From assembly GCF_054482595.1 (NCBI RefSeq), contig NZ_CM137008.1: a DNA stretch of 64,000 nucleotides; one strand, written 5' to 3'. Under the pieces are notes generated by a model that was not told the DNA's origin, did no database searches, and saw only the letters and a list, made by a program, of their open reading frames with translations. The position numbers and the translations under genes are program-made. Each line of letters starts with the position of its first letter. Position 1 is the stretch's first letter. Shown in pieces: positions 23,125 through 36,101 of this stretch.

Positions 23125-23469
23125 TTATTTGCTATCGCGAATCCCTAAGCGTTGTAACAATCCGATAATCCCTTCCCGCAGAAGCAAGGATGTAAACTGT
23201 TTTTGTTCAACTGGCGTCATCTCTTTCGCCAGTGTCACCAGCAATACTTCAAGCGGCGCATCACCAGAAAGGGCAGGCGCTTCTCCCTGACCTTCTGGAC
23301 GTTCAGCATTACGAATATATTCACGAACCTGTTCATTGACGTGAACCAGTCGGGCTTTGCCACCCTGGACGCCTGGTTTTGGTGACGTCGTCCAGCCTTC
23401 CTTGCGTACCCATTTATTAATGGTCTGGCGGCTATAGCCGGTCAGTCTGGCAAGTTCATCTGGCGTCAT
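23125..23469 (-). CDS. yfeC: DUF1323-family putative DNA-binding protein
   Basis: ORF runs to 23484 (119 aa); 114-aa form from second ATG (MTPDELARL...) preferred from recalled length; start uncertain. Confidence 0.8.
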   Translation of the reverse strand: MTPDELARLTGYSRQTINKWVRKEGWTTSPKPGVQGGKARLVHVNEQVREYIRNAERPEGQGEAPALSGDAPLEVLLVTLAKEMTPVEQKQFTSLLLREGIIGLLQRLGIRDSK

Positions 23470-23643
23470 CCTCTCCTTGAACATAACAATTCCCTGAATG
23501 TATGTGGGTCTATTAGTAGTTCATTTTATAGCACCACTTTACAGGAAACCGTGACATGAATAACTACTGAATGCGAGCGGTTTTCCAAAATTGTTCATTT
23601 GCCTGATTTTTCAGCGATTGAAACTACACGTTGCAATTTGCCG

Positions 23644-23672
23644 TTGACACATTCGGGCGGAATTCATATGAT
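23644..23672 (+). promoter_or_regulatory. Candidate sigma70 promoter for the tRNA-Ala pair
   Basis: TTGACA (23644..23649), 17-nt spacer, TATGAT (23667..23672), then GC-rich discriminator gccgcccg. Confidence 0.55.
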
Positions 23673-23704
23673 GCCGCCCGTCAACTCGACAAGCTTTACG
23701 TGAC

Positions 23705-23780
<76 letters not shown>

Positions 23781-23819
23781 AATTTTGCACCCAGCAAATT
23801 TGGTACGTAAACGCATCGT

Positions 23820-23895
<76 letters not shown>

Positions 23896-23904
23896 AATTT
23901 CCAA

Positions 23905-23930
23905 CCCTCGCTGCAAAGCGGGGGTTTTTT
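23905..23930 (+). terminator. Intrinsic terminator after the tRNA-Ala pair
   Basis: ccctcgc-tgcaaa-gcggggg followed by tttttt. Confidence 0.7.
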
Positions 23931-24102
23931 GTCTCTGCTTTTTGCCGCTTTTGTAATACAGTCTACGTCCGGGTTAGCGCCGCCTGGTGAAAGCATCATT
24001 GGATGAAAAATCGGCAACAGGCTGGCCCTTGTTTGCTTCGCGATGCGAATAAACTTATTATTTGTGTGCCTGAAAACCCCGATCAGTGAGAGTAGTGTAC
24101 TC

Positions 24103-26292
24103 ATGTTTGTGGAGCATAACCTGATAAAAAATATCAAGATATTCACACTAGCGTTTACGCTCACCGTGGTACTTATTCAGCTTTCCCGTTTTATTTCGCC
24201 ACTTGCCATTATCCATTCCAGTTATATCTTTCTGGCGTGGATGCCACTGTGCGTAATGCTGTCAATCTTGTTTATCTTTGGCTGGCGCGGTGTCGTTCCC
24301 GTTTTATGCGGGATGTTTTGCACCAATCTGTGGAACTTTCATCTCTCTTTTTTACAGACTGCGGTCATGCTCAGCAGCCAGACGTTTGTCGTGTTATGTG
24401 CCTGCGCAATATTACGCTGGCAGCTGGGGACGCGTTGGCGTTATGGATTGACCAGCCGATATGTCTGGCAACGTCTGTTCTGGCTTGGTTTGGTGACGCC
24501 GATCGGCATCAAATGCAGCATGTATCTTGTGGGGAGCTTCTTTGATTTCCCGCTAAAGATATCCACCTTTTTCGGCGATGCGGATGCCATTTTCACGGTC
24601 GTTGATTTGCTAAGCCTTTTCACCGCGGTGCTGATTTACAACATGCTTTTCTACTATCTCACTCGCATGATTGTAAGTCCCCACTTTGCGCAGATATTGT
24701 GGCGCAGGGATATCGCTCCGTCGTTGGGCAAAGAGAAACGCGCATTTACCTTAAGCTGGCTGGCAGCGTTAAGCGTGCTGCTACTTCTGTTGTGCACACC
24801 TTATGAAAACGACTTTATTGCCGGTTACCTGGTACCCGTTTTCTTCATCATCTTTACCCTCGGGGTCGGTAAGCTTCGCTATCCGTTTTTAAATCTCACC
24901 TGGGCTGTTTCAACGCTTTGCCTGCTGAATTACAACCAGAACTTTTTGCAAGGGGTGGAAACCGAATATTCGCTGGCATTTATTCTTGCGGTGCTGATTT
25001 CCTTTAGCGTTTGCCTGCTCTATATGGTGCGCATTTATCATCGCAGTGAATGGCTTAATCGCCGCTGGCATTTGCAGGCGCTGACCGATCCGTTAACGCT
25101 CCTGCCCAACTTTCGTGCGTTGGAACAAGCGCCGGAGCAAGAGGCGGGCAAGAGTTTTTGCTGCCTGCGCATTGATAATCTTGAGTTTATGAGTCGTCAT
25201 TACGGGTTAATGATGCGCGTTCACTGTATCCGATCAATTTACCGTACGCTGCTGCCGTTGATGCAGGAAAACGAAAAGTTGTATCAATTGCCGGGTAGTG
25301 AACTGCTGTTAGTGCTGAGCGGGCCGGAAACGGAAGGGCGACTCCAGCATATGGTTAACATCCTGAATAGTCGGCAAATTCACTGGAACAATACCGGGCT
25401 GGATATGGGCTATGGTGCTGCCTGGGGGCGTTTTGATGGAAATCAGGAAACCCTGCAACCCTTGTTGGGGCAGTTAAGCTGGCTGGCGGAGCAATCCTGC
25501 GCACATCATCATGTGCTGGCGCTGGATAGCCGAGAGGAGATGGTTTCCGGGCAGACCACTAAACAGGTGCTATTGCTGAATACCATTCGCACGGCGTTAG
25601 ATCAGGGTGATTTGCTGCTCTACGCCCAGCCAATTCGCAACAAAGAGGGTGAAGGTTATGATGAGATCCTCGCGCGACTGAAATATGACGGCGGCATTAT
25701 GACCCCGGATAAGTTTCTGCCCCTTATTGCTCAGTTTAATCTTAGCGCGCGTTTTGATTTGCAAGTGCTGGAATCCTTGTTGAAGTGGCTGGCAACACAC
25801 CCTTGCGACAAAAAAGGCCCGCGCTTTTCAGTTAATTTAATGCCGCTCACGCTGCTGCAAAAGAATATTGCCGGGCGGATTATTCGTCTATTTAAGCGTT
25901 ATCACATCTCCCCGCAGGCGGTCATTCTTGAGATCACCGAGGAGCAGGCGTTTTCTAACGCAGAAAGCAGCATGTACAACATCGAGCAGCTGCATAAGTT
26001 TGGTTTCCGGATTGCGATTGATGACTTTGGCACCGGCTATGCCAACTACGAACGGTTAAAGCGTTTGCAGGCTGATATCATCAAAATTGATGGCGTCTTT
26101 GTGAAAGATATTGTCACGAATACGCTGGATGCGATGATTGTGAGATCAATTACCGATCTGGCGAAAGCGAAGTCATTGAGTGTGGTCGCGGAGTTTGTCG
26201 AGACGCAACAGCAGCAGGCGTTATTGCATAAGCTCGGGGTGCAATATCTGCAGGGGTATTTGATTGGTCGCCCGCAGCCATTAGCTGATTAA
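24103..26292 (+). CDS. pdeA: Membrane-anchored c-di-GMP phosphodiesterase (degenerate GGDEF plus EAL domains)
   Basis: 729 aa from ATG at 24103 (MFVEHNLIKN...); N-terminal multi-TM sensor domain, C-terminal EAL domain (QPIRNKEGE...EITEEQ); formerly yfeA. Confidence 0.9.
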   Translation: MFVEHNLIKNIKIFTLAFTLTVVLIQLSRFISPLAIIHSSYIFLAWMPLCVMLSILFIFGWRGVVPVLCGMFCTNLWNFHLSFLQTAVMLSSQTFVVLCACAILRWQLGTRWRYGLTSRYVWQRLFWLGLVTPIGIKCSMYLVGSFFDFPLKISTFFGDADAIFTVVDLLSLFTAVLIYNMLFYYLTRMIVSPHFAQILWRRDIAPSLGKEKRAFTLSWLAALSVLLLLLCTPYENDFIAGYLVPVFFIIFTLGVGKLRYPFLNLTWAVSTLCLLNYNQNFLQGVETEYSLAFILAVLISFSVCLLYMVRIYHRSEWLNRRWHLQALTDPLTLLPNFRALEQAPEQEAGKSFCCLRIDNLEFMSRHYGLMMRVHCIRSIYRTLLPLMQENEKLYQLPGSELLLVLSGPETEGRLQHMVNILNSRQIHWNNTGLDMGYGAAWGRFDGNQETLQPLLGQLSWLAEQSCAHHHVLALDSREEMVSGQTTKQVLLLNTIRTALDQGDLLLYAQPIRNKEGEGYDEILARLKYDGGIMTPDKFLPLIAQFNLSARFDLQVLESLLKWLATHPCDKKGPRFSVNLMPLTLLQKNIAGRIIRLFKRYHISPQAVILEITEEQAFSNAESSMYNIEQLHKFGFRIAIDDFGTGYANYERLKRLQADIIKIDGVFVKDIVTNTLDAMIVRSITDLAKAKSLSVVAEFVETQQQQALLHKLGVQYLQGYLIGRPQPLAD

Positions 26293-26300
26293 CAGGCGTA

Positions 26301-26331
26301 AAAAAACCGGGGAATTATCCCCGGCTTTTTT
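26301..26331. terminator. Bidirectional intrinsic terminator between convergent pdeA and nupC
   Basis: aaaaaaccgggg-aattat-ccccggctttttt. Confidence 0.8.
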
Positions 26332-26341
26332 ATGTATGGTC

Positions 26342-27544
26342 TTACAGCACCAGTGCTGCGATTGACGCAGACAGCACACTCACCAGGGTAGAGCCGTAAA
26401 CCAGTTTCAGACCGAAGCGAGAAACCACATTACCTTGCTCTTCATTCAGGCCTTTAACTGCACCTGCAATAATTCCGATTGAAGAGAAGTTAGCGAAGGA
26501 AACCAGGAACACAGAGATGATGCCTTCAGCACGCGGAGAGAGCGTGGAAGCAATTTTCTGCAGATCCATCATCGCAACGAACTCGTTAGAAACCAGTTTG
26601 GTCGCCATGATACTGCCCACTTGCAGTGCTTCGCTGGACGGAACACCCATCACCCATGCAATCGGATAGAAGATGTAGCCCAGGATGCCCTGGAAGGAGA
26701 TGCTGTAGCCAAACCAGCCAGTCACGGTGGCAAACAGTGCGTTCAGCGCGGCGATCAGGGCGATGAAGCCAATCAGCATTGCGGCAACGATAATGGCAAC
26801 TTTGAAACCTGCCAGAATGTATTCACCCAGCATTTCGAAGAAGCTCTGACCTTCGTGCAGGTTGGACATCTGAATGTTTTCTTCACTGGCATCAACACGG
26901 TAAGGGTTGATCAGCGACAGCACGATAAAGGTGCTGAACATGTTCAGTACCAGCGCCGCAACGACATATTTCGGCTCCAGCATGGTCATGTATGCACCAA
27001 CGATGGACATAGATACGGTGGACATCGCCGTTGCTGCCATGGTGTACATACGATTGCGGGAGATTTTGCCGAGGATATCTTTATAGGCAATAAAGTTTTC
27101 AGACTGACCCAGAATCAGAGAGCTGACGGCGTTAAAGGATTCCAGTTTGCCCATGCCGTTGACTTTGGAGAGCAGGAAACCAATTGCGCGGATAATCACC
27201 GGCAACACGCGAATGTGCTGGAGAATACCGATCAGTGCAGAGATAAAGACGATTGGGCACAGCACTTTCAGGAAGAAGAATGCCAGGCCTTGATCATTCA
27301 TGCTACCAAAGACGAAGTTAGTCCCTTCGTTGGCAAATCCGAGCAGTTTTTCGAACATTTCGGAGAAGCCTTTCACGAAGCCTAAACCAACGTCGGAGTT
27401 CAGGAAGAACCACGCCAGTAACACTTCGATAACAAGCAGTTGAATAACATAACGGATACGAATTTTTTTGCGGTCGCTGCTTACCAGCAGTGCGAGAATC
27501 GCAACAACGGCAAGTGCCAGTACAAAATGAAGGACGCGGTCCAT
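26342..27544 (-). CDS. nupC: Nucleoside:H+ symporter (CNT family)
   Basis: 400 aa from internal ATG ([20 protein letters not shown]...); ORF-track extension rejected. Confidence 0.93.
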
Positions 27545-27812
27545 ATTTGCTCCAAATATGAGGCAGGTTAAATTTCCGTGCACATTCTATGTAACATGGT
27601 TAAGGAAAACGAGATCTGACACACACTATAATGACGTCCTGTGACAAGCTTCAAAAATAGTGAGCTGTCATACATTTCTGCTATGTTGTGTATGGAAGCT
27701 GAAAGTTATGTAAATGTGCTAACATTAAACATAACCATAACATTCAAGTCATCAATCTTTTCGTAGTCATAATCCTGGTCTATCAGAGAAATCACCACAA
27801 CCCATTTAAATG

Positions 27813-27830
27813 AATTTGATAATCATTCTC
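27813..27830 (+). promoter_or_regulatory. Fur box in mntH promoter
   Basis: aatttgataatcattctc resembles the Fur consensus GATAATGATAATCATTATC. Confidence 0.6.
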
Positions 27831-27845
27831 GTTTGGCATAGCATG

Positions 27846-27867
27846 AAACATAGCAAAGGCTATGTTT
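27846..27867 (+). promoter_or_regulatory. MntR operator palindrome upstream of mntH
   Basis: aaacatagc-aaag-gctatgttt perfect inverted repeat 13 nt upstream of the mntH start. Confidence 0.65.
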
Positions 27868-27870
27868 TAG

Positions 27871-29118
<1,248 letters not shown>

Positions 29119-29145
29119 TTGAATGAGCGTCGCATCTGGCACTAT

Positions 29146-29234
<89 letters not shown>

Positions 29235-29258
29235 ATTGTGCTCCATTGGCGAATGTGT

Positions 29259-29585
29259 TTAATGGCGGTGTCCATGTCCGCGGCCTTTTCCGCGATGATC
29301 GTCACGATCGCGCCAGCCTTCACGATAGCCACGCTCATATGCTTTACGCTTATCCCAGCCACGATGGTAGCCATTATCATGACGCCACCAGCGGTTTTTA
29401 CGCCATTCATAATTGCGATGCCAGTAGTCACGGTCGCGCCAGTGACCACCGTCCCAGTAATTACCGTAATGATCGCGATCGCCAATTTGTAATTTGATTG
29501 ATGGCAGTAGGGTGATTTCGCCTGCGTTTGCTGCAAGCGGGGTAAATGCCATCAGGGCGGCCGCCAGAAACAGTGACCTGAACAT
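29259..29585 (-). CDS. ypeC: DUF2502-family periplasmic protein
   Basis: 108 aa with signal peptide and a W/R/D/H-rich low-complexity body; matches YpeC. Confidence 0.8.
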
Positions 29586-29699
29586 TGTTATTCTCCTTCA
29601 CGATCGAAGCCGTCAGCGGCCTGTTAACGCAATATTACGGGGAGGTAAAGCCCCGTATCATCGCCATAACTCTTAAATCATAAAGGAGAGCATTTTTTG

Positions 29700-30956
29700 C
29701 TAAACGTTATCGTGGGGGGGCTGTTGCTTCGGACGATTGACCATCATCATCGGCTTACCTGCTAATAACAGCCATGCCGGAAGCATGACGATACAGAGCA
29801 GCGGTAGCAATGTGGTATTGGGTACAACGACTGCCGCCATAAAAAGGCTTAACCAGCCATCGCGTGTTACCACCAGCACGATGCCGAGAATAGCGCAGGA
29901 AACGGTTATTGCCGCTGGAACGGCGGGGACGTGCTCATGCAGCATCAACCCTAATGCCACGCCGACGAACACTGCCGGGAAAATTCGTCCACCGCGAAAG
30001 CCACTGGCGGCAGCAACGACCAGGGCGGTCAGTTTAATCACCGCCAGCAAAAAGTAATCGCTGGTGCTGAAAGCCTGATTTGCCACCATCTGCTGCATCT
30101 CATCCAGCCCTTTAAACAGCGAAACTGGTCCACCAATAACCCCCAGAATACCGAGAATAAATCCGCCAATACCCAGCACGAGCACCGGATTTTTCATTTG
30201 ATGCATCATCGCGTGCAACCGTGGTAAGCACCATACGGCGACCATCCCTGCTGCGATGGCAATCGCCGCGACAATTGCACCGCTGAGAATATCGGTCATT
30301 TCCATCTGTCCGTAATGCGCAATGGGCAGTGAAAAATGGGGATGGAAAAATAATCCGGTAGTAAGTGCACCAGCTGCTGCCGCCATTAACGGCGCAAAAA
30401 GACGATCCCATAGCGGAACTTCACTACTGCCATTTAAGGTTTGCGAAAATATCAACGCCGCCGCAGCAGGTGTACCAAACAGCGCGCCGATGGTTCCGGC
30501 AGAGGCTAAAATAGTCCACTCCATTCGGTTGACGCGCGGTAACAGACGAGCGCCAATGGCAACCGCAAGGGCGATATTGACGGTCATGATCGGATGTTCC
30601 GGCCCCAGGCTGACGCCGCCAGCAAGACCGAGAATTAATGCTACGATAAGTCCTGGTAGCGCAGAGGGCGGAACCGGTGCGCCGATCAGCGGTTCACAGG
30701 CGGGGTCTGGTCCGGCATGACCCTGGCTGAAACGGATAACCAACCCCACCGCAATACCCGTTAGCGTTAATACACCGATGATCCAGAGGGGTGAATCCTG
30801 GGCTATCCCCAGAGTTCCCGGCAGTCGTTGCCAGAGCAAATTCTGTAATACCGAGGCGATTTTCATCACCACAATCAGAATAAGACTGGACGCAATCCCA
30901 ATTGCCACGGCGGGGAGCGATAATAACAACATGGTTCTGGCTCGCGGATGGAGCAT
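29700..30956 (-). CDS. yfeO: Putative ion channel / transporter (ClC-like) inner membrane protein
   Basis: 418 aa polytopic membrane protein; matches YfeO. Confidence 0.88.
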   Translation of the reverse strand: MLHPRARTMLLLSLPAVAIGIASSLILIVVMKIASVLQNLLWQRLPGTLGIAQDSPLWIIGVLTLTGIAVGLVIRFSQGHAGPDPACEPLIGAPVPPSALPGLIVALILGLAGGVSLGPEHPIMTVNIALAVAIGARLLPRVNRMEWTILASAGTIGALFGTPAAAALIFSQTLNGSSEVPLWDRLFAPLMAAAAGALTTGLFFHPHFSLPIAHYGQMEMTDILSGAIVAAIAIAAGMVAVWCLPRLHAMMHQMKNPVLVLGIGGFILGILGVIGGPVSLFKGLDEMQQMVANQAFSTSDYFLLAVIKLTALVVAAASGFRGGRIFPAVFVGVALGLMLHEHVPAVPAAITVSCAILGIVLVVTRDGWLSLFMAAVVVPNTTLLPLLCIVMLPAWLLLAGKPMMMVNRPKQQPPHDNV

Positions 30957-31159
30957 GTTCTATTCCTTATGCGGGGTCAGATACTTAGTTTGCCCAGCTT
31001 GCAAAAAGGCATCGCTGCAATTGGTGCTGAAACGATAAAGTAATTGTGTGACCCAGATCGATATTTACAGGGAGCCTGCCTTTCCGGCGTTGTTGTTATG
31101 CCCCCAGGTATTTACAGTGTGAGAAAGAATTATTTTGACTTTAGCGGAGCAGTTGAAGA

Positions 31160-32125
31160 ATGACAAAGTATGCATTAGTCGGTGATGTGGGCGGCACCAA
31201 CGCACGTCTTGCTCTGTGTGATATTGCCAGTGGTGAAATCTCGCAGGCTAAGACCTATTCAGGGCTTGATTACCCCAGCCTCGAAGCGGTCATTCGCGTT
31301 TATCTTGAAGAACATAAGGTCGAGGTGAAAGACGGCTGTATTGCCATCGCTTGCCCAATTACCGGTGACTGGGTGGCAATGACCAACCATACCTGGGCGT
31401 TCTCAATTGCCGAAATGAAAAAGAATCTCGGTTTTAGCCATCTGGAAATTATTAACGATTTTACCGCTGTATCGATGGCGATCCCGATGCTGAAAAAAGA
31501 GCATCTGATTCAGTTTGGTGGCGCAGAGCCGATAGAAGGTAAGCCTATTGCGGTTTACGGTGCCGGAACGGGGCTTGGGGTTGCGCATCTGGTCCATGTC
31601 GATAAGCGTTGGGTAAGCTTGCCGGGCGAAGGCGGTCACGTTGATTTTGCGCCGAATAGTGAAGAAGAGGCCATTATCCTCGAAATATTGCGTGCGGAAA
31701 TTGGTCATGTTTCGGCGGAACGCGTGCTTTCTGGCCCAGGGCTGGTGAATTTGTATCGCGCAATTGTGAAAGCTGACAACCGCCTGCCAGAAAATCTCAA
31801 GCCAAAAGATATTACCGAACGCGCGCTGGCTGACAGCTGCACCGATTGCCGCCGTGCGTTGTCGCTGTTTTGCGTCATTATGGGCCGTTTTGGCGGCAAT
31901 CTGGCGCTCAATCTCGGGACATTTGGGGGCGTGTTTATTGCGGGCGGTATCGTGCCGCGCTTCCTTGAGTTCTTCAAAGCCTCTGGTTTCCGTGCCGCAT
32001 TTGAAGATAAAGGGCGCTTTAAAGAATATGTCCATGATATTCCGGTGTATCTCATCGTCCATGACAATCCGGGGCTTCTCGGTTCCGGTGCACATTTACG
32101 CCAGACCTTAGGTCACATTCTGTAA
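31160..32125 (+). CDS. glk: Glucokinase
   Basis: 321 aa; [22 protein letters not shown]-binding N-terminus; matches Glk. Confidence 0.97.
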   Translation: MTKYALVGDVGGTNARLALCDIASGEISQAKTYSGLDYPSLEAVIRVYLEEHKVEVKDGCIAIACPITGDWVAMTNHTWAFSIAEMKKNLGFSHLEIINDFTAVSMAIPMLKKEHLIQFGGAEPIEGKPIAVYGAGTGLGVAHLVHVDKRWVSLPGEGGHVDFAPNSEEEAIILEILRAEIGHVSAERVLSGPGLVNLYRAIVKADNRLPENLKPKDITERALADSCTDCRRALSLFCVIMGRFGGNLALNLGTFGGVFIAGGIVPRFLEFFKASGFRAAFEDKGRFKEYVHDIPVYLIVHDNPGLLGSGAHLRQTLGHIL

Positions 32126-32137
32126 ATCCTTCCTGTT

Positions 32138-32170
32138 ATATCGGGAGGTAACTCTCCCGATAATCTTTTA
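32138..32170 (+). terminator. Intrinsic terminator after glk
   Basis: tatcgggag-gtaact-ctcccgata followed by a T-rich tract. Confidence 0.6.
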
Positions 32171-32344
32171 AATCATACAGTTAATTCAATTTTTCTTTGT
32201 GTCCCCCTCACAAGGCCGACCTGCGTCACACTTCCGTACAGCGGGATTAATTCTCCAGTAAATGCATTATTTGTCTGGTAACGGCGATTTGTTTTGCACG
32301 TTCATAATTTCACTCGTCAACTATCACTGAACGAGGAATTAACG

Positions 32345-32671
32345 ATGAGTAAGAAACTAATTGCCTTATGTGCCTGCCCAATGGGCCTGGCTCACACCTT
32401 TATGGCCGCTCAGGCGCTGGAAGAAGCAGCGGTAGAAGCCGGTTATGAAGTGAAAATTGAAACCCAGGGCGCGGACGGTATCCAGAATCGCCTGACGGCG
32501 CAGGATATCGCCGAAGCGACCATCATCATCCACTCCGTGGCAGTTACCCCGGAAGATAACGAACGTTTCGAATCACGCGACGTTTATGAAATCACTTTGC
32601 AGGACGCAATTAAAAACGCTGCGGGCATCATCAAAGAAATCGAAGAGATGATTGCCTCTGAACAACAGTAA
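32345..32671 (+). CDS. fryB: PTS fructose-like EIIB component
   Basis: 108 aa from ATG at 32345 (MSKKLIALCACPMGLAHTFMAA...), EIIB-Fru-type cysteine. Confidence 0.88.
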   Translation: MSKKLIALCACPMGLAHTFMAAQALEEAAVEAGYEVKIETQGADGIQNRLTAQDIAEATIIIHSVAVTPEDNERFESRDVYEITLQDAIKNAAGIIKEIEEMIASEQQ

Positions 32672-32692
32672 TATTCGACAGGGATAATTGTT

Positions 32693-33940
32693 ATGGCCAT
32701 TAAAAAACGCAGTGCAACCGTTGTGCCTGGCGCATCCGGTGCGGCAGCGGCAGTTAAGAATCCGCAGGCCTCTAAAAGCAGCTTCTGGGGTGAACTCCCG
32801 CAGCATGTGATGTCAGGGATTTCACGCATGGTGCCGACCTTAATTATGGGCGGTGTGATCCTCGCTTTCAGCCAGCTGATTGCTTATAGCTGGCTTAAAA
32901 TTCCTGCTGAGATCGGCATCATGGATGCTCTTAATAGCGGGAAATTCTCCGGTTTCGACCTCTCCTTACTGAAATTTGCCTGGTTGTCGCAGTCCTTCGG
33001 CGGCGTGTTGTTTGGTTTTGCCATTCCGATGTTTGCTGCTTTTGTGGCGAACTCTATCGGTGGCAAACTGGCGTTTCCGGCTGGTTTTATCGGCGGCTTG
33101 ATGTCTACCCAGCCGACGCAACTGCTGAACTTCGATCCCAGCACTATGCAATGGGCGACCTCTTCGCCGGTGCCGTCCACCTTTATTGGTGCGCTGATTA
33201 TTTCTATCGTTGCCGGTTACCTTGTGAAATGGATGAACCAGAAAATCCAGTTACCGGATTTCCTGTTAGCGTTCAAAACCACATTTTTGCTACCGATTCT
33301 TTCCGCTATTTTTGTCATGCTGGCGATGTACTACGTCATCACACCATTTGGTGGCTGGATCAACGGCGGTATCCGTACCGTGCTGACTGCCGCAGGTGAG
33401 AAGGGCGCGCTGATGTACGCAATGGGGATCGCCGCGGCGACAGCAATCGACCTTGGTGGCCCGATCAACAAAGCCGCAGGTTTTGTTGCCTTCAGCTTTA
33501 CCACTGACCACGTATTACCGGTCACCGCACGTTCTATCGCTATCGTTATTCCGCCGATTGGTCTGGGTCTGGCGACCATTATTGACCGTCGTTTAACCGG
33601 CAAACGCCTGTTCAACGCACAACTTTATCCGCAGGGTAAGACCGCGATGTTCCTTGCCTTTATGGGGATTAGTGAGGGTGCAATTCCGTTTGCACTGGAA
33701 AGCCCCATCACCGCCATTCCGTCGTATATGGTTGGCGCGATTGTCGGCTCAACCGCCGCTGTCTGGCTGGGCGCAGTGCAATGGTTCCCGGAATCCGCTA
33801 TCTGGGCATGGCCACTGGTCACTAACCTCGGCGTCTACATGGCGGGGATCGCGCTGGGGGCAGTCATAACTGCGCTGATGGTGGTGTTCCTGCGTCTGAT
33901 GATGTTCCGTAAAGGCAAATTGTTAATCGATAGCCTGTAA
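32693..33940 (+). CDS. fryC: PTS fructose-like EIIC permease
   Basis: 415 aa polytopic permease; matches FryC. Confidence 0.9.
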   Translation: MAIKKRSATVVPGASGAAAAVKNPQASKSSFWGELPQHVMSGISRMVPTLIMGGVILAFSQLIAYSWLKIPAEIGIMDALNSGKFSGFDLSLLKFAWLSQSFGGVLFGFAIPMFAAFVANSIGGKLAFPAGFIGGLMSTQPTQLLNFDPSTMQWATSSPVPSTFIGALIISIVAGYLVKWMNQKIQLPDFLLAFKTTFLLPILSAIFVMLAMYYVITPFGGWINGGIRTVLTAAGEKGALMYAMGIAAATAIDLGGPINKAAGFVAFSFTTDHVLPVTARSIAIVIPPIGLGLATIIDRRLTGKRLFNAQLYPQGKTAMFLAFMGISEGAIPFALESPITAIPSYMVGAIVGSTAAVWLGAVQWFPESAIWAWPLVTNLGVYMAGIALGAVITALMVVFLRLMMFRKGKLLIDSL

Positions 33941-33954
33941 GAAGGAAAATCCAG

Positions 33955-35040
33955 ATGACATTACTCGCTTCGCTGCGCGACTGGCTTAAGGCGCAACAAC
34001 TGGATGCAGTGCTTCTCTCATCACGGCAGAACAAACAGCCGCATCTGGGGATCTCCACCGGATCTGGTTATGTGGTGATTAGCCGAGAAAGTGCGCACAT
34101 TCTGGTGGATTCGCGATATTACGCGGATGTGGAAGCCCGCACGCAAGGCTACCAGCTGCATTTGCTTGACGCGACGCACACGCTTGCAACCATCGCCAGG
34201 CAAATCATTGCCGATGAGCAGTTGCAAACGCTCGGTTTTGAAGGCCAGCAGGTGAGTTGGGAAACCGCGCACCGCTGGCAGTCTGAACTCAATGCGAAAC
34301 TGGTTAGCGCCACGCCGGATGTGCTGCGGCAAATCAAAACGCCAGAGGAGGTGGAGAAAATCCGCCTTGCCAGTGGGATTGCCGATCGCGGTGCAGAGCA
34401 TATTCGCCGCTTTATTCAGGCGGGGATGAGCGAGCGCGAGATTGCCGCTGAACTGGAGTGGTTTATGCGCCAGCAGGGCGCAGAAAAAACCTCTTTTGAC
34501 ACCATTGTCGCCAGTGGCTGGCGTGGGGCGCTGCCGCACGGCAAAGCCAGCGACAAGATTGTTGCAGCGGGCGAGTTTGTCACTCTCGATTTCGGTGCGC
34601 TGTATCAGGGCTACTGCTCTGATATGACGCGCACCTTGCTGGTGAATGGCGAAGGGGTGAGCGCCGAATCTCATCCGCTGTTTAACGTCTATCAGATTGT
34701 TTTGCAGGCACAGCTCGCAGCAATCTCTGCAATTCGCCCCGGCGTGCGCTGCCAGCAGGTTGACGACGCCGCGCGTCGGGTGATTACCGAGGCAGGATTT
34801 GGCGACTATTTTGGTCACAACACCGGTCATGCTATTGGCATTGAAGTACACGAAGATCCGCGCTTTTCACCGCGGGATACCACGACGCTACAGCCAGGCA
34901 TGTTACTGACCGTGGAGCCGGGGATTTATTTGCCAGGGCAAGGGGGCGTGCGCATCGAGGATGTTGTGCTGGTCACCCCGCAAGGCGCAGAAGTGCTCTA
35001 CGCCATGCCGAAAACAGTGTTGCTCACGGGAGAGGCATAA
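33955..35040 (+). CDS. ypdF: Xaa-Pro aminopeptidase (M24 family)
   Basis: 361 aa; M24 metal-binding His/Glu motifs ([13 protein letters not shown]); matches YpdF. Confidence 0.9.
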   Translation: MTLLASLRDWLKAQQLDAVLLSSRQNKQPHLGISTGSGYVVISRESAHILVDSRYYADVEARTQGYQLHLLDATHTLATIARQIIADEQLQTLGFEGQQVSWETAHRWQSELNAKLVSATPDVLRQIKTPEEVEKIRLASGIADRGAEHIRRFIQAGMSEREIAAELEWFMRQQGAEKTSFDTIVASGWRGALPHGKASDKIVAAGEFVTLDFGALYQGYCSDMTRTLLVNGEGVSAESHPLFNVYQIVLQAQLAAISAIRPGVRCQQVDDAARRVITEAGFGDYFGHNTGHAIGIEVHEDPRFSPRDTTTLQPGMLLTVEPGIYLPGQGGVRIEDVVLVTPQGAEVLYAMPKTVLLTGEA

Positions 35041-36077
35041 TGGATTTATCGCTATTAAAAGCGTTGAGCGAGGCAGATGCGATCGCCTCCTCGGAACAGG
35101 AAGTGCGGCAGATCCTGCTGGAAGAAGCGGATCGCCTGCAAAAAGAAGTGCGATTTGATGGTCTGGGATCGGTGCTGATCCGCCTCAATGAATCGACAGG
35201 TCCGAAAGTGATGATCTGTGCGCATATGGACGAAGTTGGATTTATGGTGCGCAGTATCTCCCGCGAAGGGGCGATTGATGTGCTGCCGGTTGGCAATGTA
35301 CGCATGGCTGCCCGCCAGCTGCAGCCGGTGCGCATCACCACCCGTGAAGAGTGCAAAATTCCAGGCCTGCTTGACGGCGACCGGCAGGGGAATGATGTCA
35401 GCGCCATGCGCGTGGATATTGGCGCGCGCTCGTATGACGAAGTGATGCAGGCGGGAATTCGTCCAGGCGATCGCGTCACGTTCGATACCACTTTTCAGGT
35501 TCTCCCTCACCAGCGGGTGATGGGGAAAGCCTTTGATGATCGCCTCGGTTGCTATCTGCTGGTGACGTTACTACGTGAGCTGCACGACGCCGAACTGCCT
35601 GCGGAAGTGTGGCTGGTGGCAAGTTCCAGCGAAGAGGTGGGATTACGCGGCGGGCAAACTGCCACCCGCGCGGTGTCGCCGGACGTCGCCATTGTGCTTG
35701 ATACCGCCTGCTGGGCGAAAAACTTTGATTATGGCGCGGCTAACCATCGCCAGATTGGTAACGGGCCGATGCTGGTGTTAAGCGACAAGTCGCTGATTGC
35801 GCCGCCAAAACTTACCGCCTGGGTCGAAACCGTGGCGGCAGAAATTGGCGTGCCGTTGCAGGCAGATATGTTCAGCAACGGCGGCACGGACGGCGGGGCG
35901 GTGCACTTAACCGGCACCGGCGTGCCCACAGTGGTGATGGGGCCAGCAACCCGCCATGGACATTGCGCCGCATCGATTGCCGATTGCCGCGACATTTTGC
36001 AGATGCAGCAACTTTTATCTGCCCTTATTCAACGTCTTACGCGTGAGACGGTTGTTCAACTGACGGATTTCAGATGA
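35040..36077 (+). CDS. ypdE: M42-family aminopeptidase
   Basis: 345 aa; start overlaps ypdF stop; matches YpdE. Confidence 0.9.
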   Translation: MDLSLLKALSEADAIASSEQEVRQILLEEADRLQKEVRFDGLGSVLIRLNESTGPKVMICAHMDEVGFMVRSISREGAIDVLPVGNVRMAARQLQPVRITTREECKIPGLLDGDRQGNDVSAMRVDIGARSYDEVMQAGIRPGDRVTFDTTFQVLPHQRVMGKAFDDRLGCYLLVTLLRELHDAELPAEVWLVASSSEEVGLRGGQTATRAVSPDVAIVLDTACWAKNFDYGAANHRQIGNGPMLVLSDKSLIAPPKLTAWVETVAAEIGVPLQADMFSNGGTDGGAVHLTGTGVPTVVMGPATRHGHCAASIADCRDILQMQQLLSALIQRLTRETVVQLTDFR

Positions 36078-36101
36078 TCTCCTGATTAACCCGGAGCGGT
36101 T

